NCBI GenBank assembly: GCA_024626585.2 | Contig: JANKJI020000004.1 | Span: forward strand, 31,136,777 to 31,158,899 | Source of the DNA: Ginkgo biloba | Lineage: Eukaryota; Plantae; Ginkgophyta | Direction of reading: 5' to 3' | Length of the DNA: 22,123 nucleotides | In this document: positions 1-8,738 of the stretch, piece after piece | Position numbering within the stretch: the stretch's first letter is position 1 | How the letters are laid out: each line of letters begins with the position of its first letter | Notes under the pieces: generated by a model | The model's input: only the letters and a program-made list of their open reading frames with translations | The model's database searches: none | Told to the model about the DNA's origin: nothing | Position numbers and translations under genes: made by a program

Positions 1-290
1 ATATGAGATGTGATATGTCAAATGAACCAACAATGTCCTATATATAGGTCACAAAGAGTCAAAGGAAGCACCTCTTCATTATACCTCTTCATCATGTGAC
101 CCTTCATTTAGTATTAATTAACTACTAGTTATCGCAAATTAATAATTAATGCTAATGAAGGTAGAAATATTAAATAATTACTAATTGATATTAATTTGGA
201 TTACAACATGCCCCCTTGTCTTGAATTGCTTCATCCTTAGAGTAATATTGAAGTAGATGCATTCTCGCACTTTCAACATAAGATCACATG
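1..290 (-). mobile_element. 3' end of a Gypsy-type LTR retrotransposon relic: end of pol, PPT (about 211-222) and start of the 3' LTR (208 leftwards)
   Basis: The minus strand reads ...aaggatgaagcaattcaagacAAGGGGGCa-TGTTGtaatcc: a purine tract followed by a TGTTG LTR start, preceded by sequence resembling a decayed LEDKQF-type Gypsy pol terminus. Confidence 0.5.
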
Positions 291-662
291 TTTCATCCAC
301 ATTAGAATTATTGACATTAATTCTTATTTACTTGGTGGCATTTTTTAAATATCAAGTGGCCCTTACAAACTTTAAATGCCATAATTAAGCTTAAGCTCTA
401 AAAATCATGAATATGTAAACTCTTTTCGAAGGCTCTCTAAATTTCAAATTACACCTATTATTTTCAACCTTCATAAAATACCCTCCATTCATTTTAGAAT
501 ATTCTTTTGTATTAAGAATATTCTAATTTTTTTTTTTCTAAACCCTTAAAATTTATNNNNNNNNNNNNNNNNNNNNNNNNNNNNNNNNNNNNNNNNNNNN
601 NNNNNNNNNNNNNNNNNNNNNNNNNNNNNNNNNNNNNNNNNNNNNNNNNNNNNNNNNNNNNN

Positions 663-760
663 ATTCACCGAATAAAAGAGGAATGATTATCGAATACACT
701 ACCCCTGCCTTTGAACACTTAACTTTACACAATCTTTTTCTATAATTCTCTTGTTTTCCA
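663..760 (-). mobile_element. Possible second PPT/LTR junction relic
   Basis: The minus strand reads gttcAAAGGCAGGGGTAG-TGTattcg (junction near 698). No coding domain was confirmed. Confidence 0.3.
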
Positions 761-1750
761 CTAATGCCAGATAGTCACAACAATACAAGGCTTCATATGG
801 CCATCACGTTTTAATCTATGGTTTAACAATTGACTAATGATGGAAACATTCTTAGCCTTGTGTGGAATGCATTACTTATTGGACTAATGCATATCACTGC
901 ATGAAGGTTATGTCAAACTCGCTTTAGGAATGTACTTTACAATGTATTTCTTAAGGTTGGATTGCCTTGTTGTTAGAGTAATGGTCGCATGACATTTGCA
1001 ATGAGATCAATATCCTCATTTTTTCATATATTAGGCATCTCTCCAAAGTTAAATATTATTTATATCCTCAAAGAATGACTCCATTAGAATTTATGTGTCA
1101 GAGAATAAAAATGCGGTCTCCTTATCTTCAATGTGTGCCTCTAGAAGTACCTTTCTAAGATCATCTCTCCATTCATTCTTTTGCATCCCTTACTTATCTC
1201 AATCTAGAATAATTCAAAATCTTTCATGAAGGTGGCTCACTTTGTCAANNNNNNNNNNNNNNNNNNNNNNNNNNNNNNNNNNNNNNNNNNNNNNNNNNNN
1301 NNNNNNNNNNNNNNNNNNNNNNNNNNNNNNNNNNNNNNNNNNNNNNNNATGTTTCTCTTTCCCTCCATCATGTCTTTACTCCATTTCATATAATTTTTTT
1401 ATACTATTATAACTACTCATTTTTATGAAGTTATAATTATTTTTAAACTCTTTTTTTTTCTTAAACACAATTTAAAAAAAAATAAAATTAAGAAGCTCCT
1501 CCATGAGACCTCCCTCTTTTAACGTCATACGAAATAAAAAATGATTTAACAACAGCTATGTGGTGGCAAATTCCTCTCTCTCTTTTAGTGCTACAGTTTA
1601 AACAGAGATCCAGAACGAGACCAAAGATGGTAGAAAGGCATAAGCGGCTCTATTAGCATACCCTGCATATTCATTCACACTTGAATTTTTTTTCTNNNNN
1701 NNNNNGATAAGGATTGTCCTAAAGAAAAAATTGAATTGAATTTTGAAGCC

Positions 1751-1839
1751 ATGGGGGTGCGCGAGAATGCGAGGAAGCATTTGAGGAAGCGAACATTGCT
1801 GGACGAGGACGATGAAGAAGATCACGACCAACACAGACG
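1751..1839 (+). CDS. CSU2: CSU2-like exon 1 (MGVRENARKHLRKRTLLDEDDEEDHDQHR-R)
   Basis: ATG at 1751 in a good context (gaagccATGG). Basic RKHLRKR followed by an acidic run. Donor cg|GTGAGG at 1840, phase 2, completes an Arg codon with exon 2. Confidence 0.85.
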
Positions 1840-4800
1840 GTGAGGAGTTCAATTCACGGCCCCTGCGTTTATAACCCCTTTCCATCGAATACCTGACATT
1901 TAAAAGCCAATTTTGTTGGGGTCAGGTTAGCGTTGGAGGAGATCAAATTTTTACAGAAGCAGCGAGAGAGAAAGACGGGCATAGTTGCGAGTGAGTTAAG
2001 CCAACCGGTCGTTTCAAAAGCTCCTGACAAGGCCGATGGGGAAGGCGAAAAAGAGGAGCTTGTTCTCCAAGACACCTTTGCTCAAGAAACCGCTGTTACT
2101 GTGGAGGATCCCAACATGTACTTTGCCTTAATCATTAACCGTGCTTCAAATCCTTGCAATACCTGGAGTTAAATAAAGATTGTACTGGGTTTGGGATTGC
2201 GCAGGTTAAAGTATGTGGAGCAGGAGCTGGCAAAGAAAAGGGGTAAAGAAATTGGAAAGCAAGGTGAAGAGTTAAAACCTCCAGAAGACGACTTGTATGT
2301 TGTCCCTGACCATCTTAAGGTATCTTTTTTCTACTTCTGCCCTCGGTTTTCCATCTTCGGAAATTCAGAGTGTGTTAGGAAATTATCCAGATAAAATTGG
2401 AGTCTGAAGTTTCCTAATTGAATAAGCTTTTCCAGGTATTTTCTAATGCTTTTCTACGTTTTCCGTTTCTCAGTCTTCAATGTCTAGCCGGGCAACAGAT
2501 ATTGATTGTTTGGGTAGAAAACCAAATCAAATTTTCACAATCTAGCTAGAGATTGAGTAGCTGACGTTTTCTTTAGTTTAGGAAGCCATGGTGGAGTCTT
2601 TTTCGGCTTGGCAGAGGGGCCAGGACCCCCCCTTGCATCTCATTTTCACCGAATTTGTTACAACTGTCCTATAATTTTTCCAAGTCTTTGTTTTCCTTGT
2701 CTGAATTTTGAATTTCAGAGTCGAGAATATCTGCCAACCACTTATTATTGCTGGAATGTGCTTTTGAGGACAGGGCTGAATGGCACGGATAAGGCTTTTT
2801 TTCAATAGTGGTACANNNNNNNNNNNNNNNNNNNNNNNNNNNNNNNNNNNNNNNNNNNNNNNNNNNNNNNNNNNNNNNNNNNNNNNNNNNNNNNNNNNNN
2901 NNNNNNNNNNNNNNNCATATAACGCTGCAGGTTCAGTATAGTATATGTGTTGGGAAGTTGTAACACAATGTGCACATTGCTTATGTAGTGATATTTGACC
3001 AACCTAATAAATATGCACATTGAATTCAAGTGTTGAAAAAGTGCAGCAAGAATATGGTGTACTATTGTTAATTTTTCAATGAGGCATTTGACTGTCCATC
3101 AATATCCAAAGGGATAATATTAATAGCAAGATGTTGCAGCCAATACATAATAGTAGACATTGGGTAATTTCCGTAGCTCCATACAAAGTTCTAGGAGTAA
3201 TGGCCATTCGGAACATCAGAATCTTTGCGGAGAAATATTTTGTGCAAGTAGATGGGTGCTTGCTTTGTTTACTCGCATAAAAGTATTGATCAAATGAAAC
3301 TATATGATGTTAACATTCTTTTCAAGAAATGTTGGTGAGATTAACACTGCACTCTCAATCTGGGAAGAAGATAAGCTATAATTATGAGAAGAATATATGT
3401 TGCTGATATTTTAACACTGCACTCTCATTACAGGCAGAAGATAGAAATCATAGTGATCTTCTAGTTTCACAAATGCCATTTTGTGATGGTGTGGGTAAAG
3501 TTGCTCTTTAAAATTATGAAGAAATGTGAATGCTTAATACCAAAACCACAATAAATTCTTGCATCTGTTACTAAGCAACTAGACAAAAGAAGGGATTTCA
3601 GTAATGGTGGCAAGCACTCAAATATTCTCAAGGCAGAGCAGAGATTTCAGTTTCAGTGGTAAGGATTAGAATAAAGAAATGTGGATATTGCTCAACTTCT
3701 ATCATGCTTGCACCCATAGTATTTCTGTTAGGACCCAATAGCCAATGGTAGGTTGTCTATAGCTCGTACACTACTGGTTGTGGTATTGATAGGACTATTT
3801 GGGAAGACACAACAAGTTACCATGGTCGAAAGAATCAAGCATAAGATTTACTAAAAGTCTTTGGGAGTGGTTGCAAGAATTATAAAAAAATTCAAATAGA
3901 TGTTCTCTATTTTCTGTCCAAGAATGGGTAGAAATAGTGTTGGCATTTAAAGCAGGGAAGAAGAAAAATCATTCCCAACAGCCCAAAATTTCATGTGTAA
4001 AATCTAGGCTGGCAACATTTCGGTAATCCATATGACACTGTTTACCTTGTGGAATATGGGACATAAGACCCTTTGATGGTAATTTTAATTCTGACATAAC
4101 TTATTTCTTCTGTATTGTGAGTTCTTTATTGATGTAGTCAGCTTATGCAGGGTTAGGAAGTGGACAAGGGGAATTTGACATCAAATGAAGATTTAATTCA
4201 TCACGGGTTTCAACGGGCTTGACCAGGCTCGCCTAAAAACTCATGCTCTTAGACAACTAGGAGAATCACAACATTGAATCTTGATATTGTTGATCAATTT
4301 TTATTTAATGAATTTGTTACATATATGGCAAGCTAGTTTTTGATGACATTCACAGATTTGTGCCAAACCTGAATCAATATCTTATCAATTGTAAATCCAG
4401 TGCANNNNNNNNNNNNNNNNNNNNNNNNNNNNNNNNNNNNNNNNNNNNNNNNNNNNNNNNNNNNNNNNNNNNNNNNNNNNNNNNNNNNNNNNNNNNNNNN
4501 NNNNTCACTTTGCTCCTGCGATGAGTAATCTGTATCCTCATCGATCAATTTTTCAAATTGATTCACTTCATTTTTAGATCCTCGCATTTATTATAAGCCT
4601 CCTCACTCAATCTATTTAGTATTGCAATATAATCTCGAAGGCCCATGTGTATTATTTGGTGCATCTGCTATGATTCAACTTTGGCTCACACCTGCTACCA
4701 AGATCTTTATGACTCTACGGCTTTATGAACCTATGATTCTTGAGNNNNNNNNNNNNNNNNNNNNNNNGACCTACTACATTTTCTCACATGTGTTGCCACC

Positions 4801-7800
4801 ATCCTCAACTTATTAGTCCTCAAATACCTTTAATTTTCTCCAAAATATTCCCTCGACTTTCGTACAACCCAGTGCCTAGTGTTCTCTCACAGACTTATGA
4901 CTTTCATGGAGCTCTCCATGAACCTACCACCTCATAGTATCATCCTTTGAAATCCACAAGCTATAATACACCAATAGCAAGTGACATCATAAGTTCTCGA
5001 CTATCTTCACCTCCATAAAGGCAATTCAAACTTCATAGTATACTAACTAGGTAAACTTCCATGACAACATTCTCACCCATGGCATCTGCAAACATCACTA
5101 TTCTATTACAGTTTTGAATTACAACCTTCAAATCTACCACAGTACTCCACCCTTTCCATGGGTTTGCTTAATATTCAAATAATATTATTTTGTCTCCAAT
5201 GGACAATGGTTTTCTTCATGGATTTGATATCCTTTAGAGATAATTCCTTTGCGAACATAACCAATAAATAATGCAACCAATGTTTTCACATACAAACCTT
5301 TGAAATCCCTCACATAGGATAATTTAATAAACAAGCCTAAAATCACCCACATATTCACTTAATACATGAACCTAATATAGTTCAGGCTAAAGATATCCCT
5401 CATCTTTGATACCAAATATAAAAAATAGATACCAGAATTGGTTTAGTATCGTAAAATATTGACATAGAACACCAAGAATATGGTAGAATTGGTCTACCTT
5501 AAATTTCATTAATGAACATGCTTCAATATGATATGTATATAGCCTTTACATGTTTATATACAAGTTACAATACATAATGATCATTTTTTGACATGGCACT
5601 TATCCAGTAACTCCCAACATGTGCCAACCTAGGGACTGACTTAAATATAACTCACCCCTATGACACATTGACCCTTAATTAATGCCTTAGGTATCACAAC
5701 ATTAGGTTATGACCCTGATTAACATATTCATGAATAATAAATGAAGATTGCACCTGTTATGTTCGTCTACTCTGTTCTATGCTTACGAATTGCAATGTCT
5801 ATGTGTAATTAATACATGTATTCCTCATTAGTATGATGCTAACCTGTTGCTAATGGCGGGTTCGGCATCCTAGACCCTAAATTAGTCAACACTGAAATTC
5901 TCATAGTCGTCATCCAATTCGAGTTCATTCCAATCAATTTGACATGCTAACAATCCTTTATAATTGCTGCACACTGTTCTTCCATTCTTTTATTCATAAA
6001 TGATGGAAAATTGTGTCAGAATTGTTGTCAAACTGACGATAGGAAGTAGGGAAATACTTTTTTAACTGTATATGAAAGACATTACTAGTCTGCCTGTCTT
6101 TTTTTAATCTCTTTATATACAACTATACATCTTGCTGGTTTTCAGGTCCACACTGCATTTTTACAACAATAGCCTACATGACTTTGACTTCTGAAATGTT
6201 GAGTCATATGCTTGTGGTTTGTGTGCTTTCAAAGTGCATATTGCATATAACACACTTCTTTTATTCATTTTTTTTTTCTGTTAAAGTTTCAACATTGCAT
6301 TGTTTGGTTTGTTGCACTGTACAGCATCACATGCTAAAGTTCTGAAGTTCTGTTGATATAGGCAAAGAACGCACATTTGAGAACAAACCTTTTGTTTATC
6401 CCACCTAAATGATTCTCAACAAATGAATAGCATCCTGCCGGCCAGTTGTCATTTCTTAATTCTAACACCCCATTTTGTAGCTGTCTGCCCCACCAAATAA
6501 CCCCAAGCCCAACCACAATAAACTGCCAATTTTTGTGGATTATTGATATTCCATGACTTGGCAAGAGATATGAGCTGAAGTGGCCATTGCAAAAGAAACC
6601 TATTAAAATGATGTGGCTTTTCACAATTCCCATGTTACCTAGAATTGTTGAATGTGATCAAGAATCTATTCAGAGACTTATGGCTCTCTAGGGTGAGGAG
6701 CATGGTTGAAGTAAATGATCTTTTATAAATTATCAGTAAAAAGAAGTCAAATCACATATTGTAGCTGCTTTATGTTTCAATCTTGAAAGACAAGTGGCCC
6801 AGCTTCACATTGCTATTTTGAATTTTCAGATTATTCCTTGTGTACAAATAGACCGAGAAAATGCAGTTGCTGTAGGCGGTCTACTGCATTCAATCAGCAT
6901 CCTATATGCAAAAGCATCTATGATCTCTGAAATCACTTTTGTATCTTTTTAATCCACCACATCTACAAAATGCCTCGACTGTTTTTCACTTTTATTTTCT
7001 CTTGTGTGCAGAACCCATTTGATGTTGCCTACTGAACAATGCATAAACTTTTGCAGATAAGGATCACATTCTTAGACATTTTCTCAGCATTTTCCAAAAC
7101 CTATTTGTTGAATCGTTCACGAAGGCCAAGATTTTCTCCATGTCATATGGGTTATTGCCTTTATTCAAAACAACCCTCTTTTTCCACCCACTTCAGAACT
7201 CATGATTTTGATTATATTTATGCTATTTTAAGCCTCTAGATTCAGTCCTTCAAGGCATACATTTACCTTTTTGTTGAGTATCTTTTTAATCCTATTTTTG
7301 TCTAGTCAATTTTCTTCTTAAGAAGGTATGCTTATTTTCTGAAATATTTGAATGGATTGGCCTTTGCTTGTTTTTAATAAGTTGATGAGAATAGAGCATT
7401 TCTCGTAGTTCTGTCATATTTTCTCATTGTATTATGGATCATAATATTTCAGGTGAGGAGGAGGAATTCAGAAGAAAGCTCCACTCAATGGACCACAGGA
7501 ATTGCAGAAGTTCAGCTTCCCATTGAGTAAGTATTCAGGTTCTCCTGGAATTCCAGTAGGGTTTTGTTGTTGATTTCTCAAGGATTGTCTAATTGATTCA
7601 CATTGACTAGTCGATGTGTAAGAATTAATGATGATTATGATATCTTGTTTGATCGAACAATGAAGCATCAGTTCTAATTATGCTTTGAGAACTAAGCATC
7701 TCAAGGAGAGATGACATGCAATGGACCTAATTAGCTAATTGAGGACACATATTAGTAGTTACTTGATTACTTAGTAGCCAATNNNNNNNNNNNNNNNNNN

Positions 7801-8738
7801 NNNNNNNNNNNNNNNNNNNNNNNNNNNNNNNNNNNNNNNNNNNNNNNNNNNNNNNNNNNNNNNNNNNNNNNNNNNNNNNNNNTTTGTTGTTGATTTCTCA
7901 AGGTTAGCTTGTACTGAATTTTACTCACCCCTTGATCCAGGCATTTTTCCATATGAGATTTGGAAGATGCTTTAAAAAATAACAAGAGCATTAAAACCAT
8001 ATCCAATACAATTAACTCTTCTTTTCTCCATTTATTCTCATCATTTATGCTTTCCAGGTATAAACTAAGGAACATAGAAGAAACAGAGGCTGCAAAGAAG
8101 CAGTTACAAGACAAACGCCCATTTGTTGGGCGCGGAAGGTCAGTATTAATTTTTGTTTTTCATTATTGCTTTGTGATTATTTTTCTTGGAACATGCATAC
8201 ATGCTTCTTCACATGAATTAACTTTGAAATCTGAGGTTTGCCTCCTCTCTTGGTGTGCTTAAAATACAGCTAAATTCTATGTTTTCAACATTTGAATACC
8301 AGGCCCCAGTCAAGTATTCCATCCAGTTACAGTGCAGATTACTTTCAACGTGGTCGCGAATATGCTGAAAAACTCCGAAGAGGTTAGAGTCTAAGAGAAT
8401 CATTTTTGTTGCGAGACTATTTGCTTAGAAATTTGCCCGGAGACTTTCGTTCTAAGAGATTCTTAATGCACAGTGCTTTTATAATCATATAGTTGCCCAT
8501 GAATTGATGTTGATGAAACCCATTCACTTTGTAATTAATGCAATGGATACATCAACCTTGTTCTAAATGTAAATTCTGTATGTGCAGACCATCCAGAACT
8601 GATGCTCAAAACAGTGGGCGTGCATCAGGGGAGGTTGCTACAGAGGGAAATATGGGGAATAGACGTCAAGCTGCTACTGATGAGATCATGCTGGAGCGTT
8701 TTCGGAAGCGAGAGCGCAGCCGTTTGATGCGTCGCTGA
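1751..8738 (+). CDS. CSU2: Spliced gene for a COP1 SUPPRESSOR 2 / C9orf78 / Tls1-like (Hep_59 family) protein; join(1751-1839,1926-2117,2205-2319,7453-7526,8058-8138,8303-8382,8588-8738); apparent frameshift in the last exon
   Basis: All six introns are GT-AG with compatible phases. The joined translation is MGVRENARKHLRKRTLLDEDDEEDHDQHRRLALEEIKFLQKQRERKTG...EKEELVLQDTFAQETAVTVEDPNMLKYVEQELAKKRGK...DDLYVVPDHLKVRRRNSEESSTQWTTGIAEVQLPIEYKLRNIEETEAAKKQLQDKR...IPSSYSADYFQRGREYAEKLRRDHPEL.../RRQAATDEIMLERFRKRERSRLMRR*. These blocks match the plant CSU2/C9orf78 motifs I recognise. Confidence 0.93.
1926..2117 (+). CDS. CSU2: CSU2-like exon 2 (LALEEIKFLQKQRERK...TFAQETAVTVEDPNM)
   Basis: Acceptor gtcAG| at 1925 and donor at|GTACTT at 2118. 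Overlaps ORF 1933..2172. Confidence 0.93.
2205..2319 (+). CDS. CSU2: CSU2-like exon 3 (LKYVEQELAKKRGK...DDLYVVPDHLK)
   Basis: Acceptor gcgcAG| at 2204 and donor aag|GTATCT at 2320 (phase 0). Overlaps ORF 2191..2394. Confidence 0.93.
3325..3443. repeat. Diverged tandem duplication with a period of about 70 bp
   Basis: ttaacactgcactctca is exact at 3341-3357 and 3411-3427, with similar flanks (atgttggtgaga/atgttgctgata; ggaagaagata/ggcagaagata). Confidence 0.8.
4505..5701 (-). mobile_element. Intronic LTR retrotransposon relic, antisense to the host gene: tRNA-iMet PBS at 5404-5414 and putative 5' LTR at about 5417-5701
   Basis: ctttgatacca reads TGGTATCAAAG on the minus strand, against the canonical PBS TGGTATCAGAG. 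The segment to the right ends in caaca at 5701 (TGTTG on the minus strand). The internal part is too decayed to translate and the boundaries are approximate. Confidence 0.45.
7453..7526 (+). CDS. CSU2: CSU2-like exon 4 (VRRRNSEESSTQWTTGIAEVQLPIE)
   Basis: Acceptor atttcAG| at 7452 and donor ga|GTAAGT at 7527. Contains the conserved GIAEVQLPIE motif. Too short to appear in the ORF track. Confidence 0.93.
7563..7903. repeat. 21-bp exact direct repeat in intron 4
   Basis: tttgttgttgatttctcaagg at 7563-7583 and 7883-7903. The second copy abuts the N-gap at 7783-7882. Confidence 0.85.
8058..8138 (+). CDS. CSU2: CSU2-like exon 5 (YKLRNIEETEAAKKQLQDKRPFVGRGR)
   Basis: Acceptor tttccAG| at 8057 and donor ag|GTCAGT at 8139. 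Contains the conserved KLRNIEETEAAK motif. Confidence 0.93.
8303..8382 (+). CDS. CSU2: CSU2-like exon 6 (PQSSIPSSYSADYFQRGREYAEKLRR)
   Basis: Acceptor taccAG| at 8302 and donor aga g|GTTAGA at 8383 (phase 1). Contains the conserved SYSADYFQRG motif. Confidence 0.9.
8588..8738 (+). CDS. CSU2: CSU2-like terminal exon 7 (DHPEL, then frameshift, then DAQNSG...RRQAATDEIMLERFRKRERSRLMRR*)
   Basis: Acceptor tgtgcAG| at 8587 gives G+AC=Asp, then HPEL. The conserved C-terminus is in a different frame (that of ORF 8538..8738), with TGA at 8736-8738. Confidence 0.85.

Larger units (their letters stand above)
2320..7452 (+). other. Long intron 3 (5133 bp as assembled, including gaps) containing repeat and TE relics
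   Basis: GT at 2320 and AG at 7451-7452. The flanking exons join in frame (HLK|VRRR). The other introns are 86-531 bp. Confidence 0.9.

Noticed and set aside
1598-2075. Minus-strand ORFs 1598..1885 and 1869..2075 as an antisense gene
   Set aside because: They are antisense shadows of CSU2 exons 1-2 with no recognisable protein.
6334-6633. 99-aa minus-strand ORF in intron 3 as a nested gene
   Set aside because: No recognisable motif or splice partners, and the length is within chance expectation.
7625-7690. Intronic C/D snoRNA candidate (aATGATGA box C near 7627)
   Set aside because: There is no CTGA box D at a suitable distance, no terminal stem and no recognisable rRNA guide.
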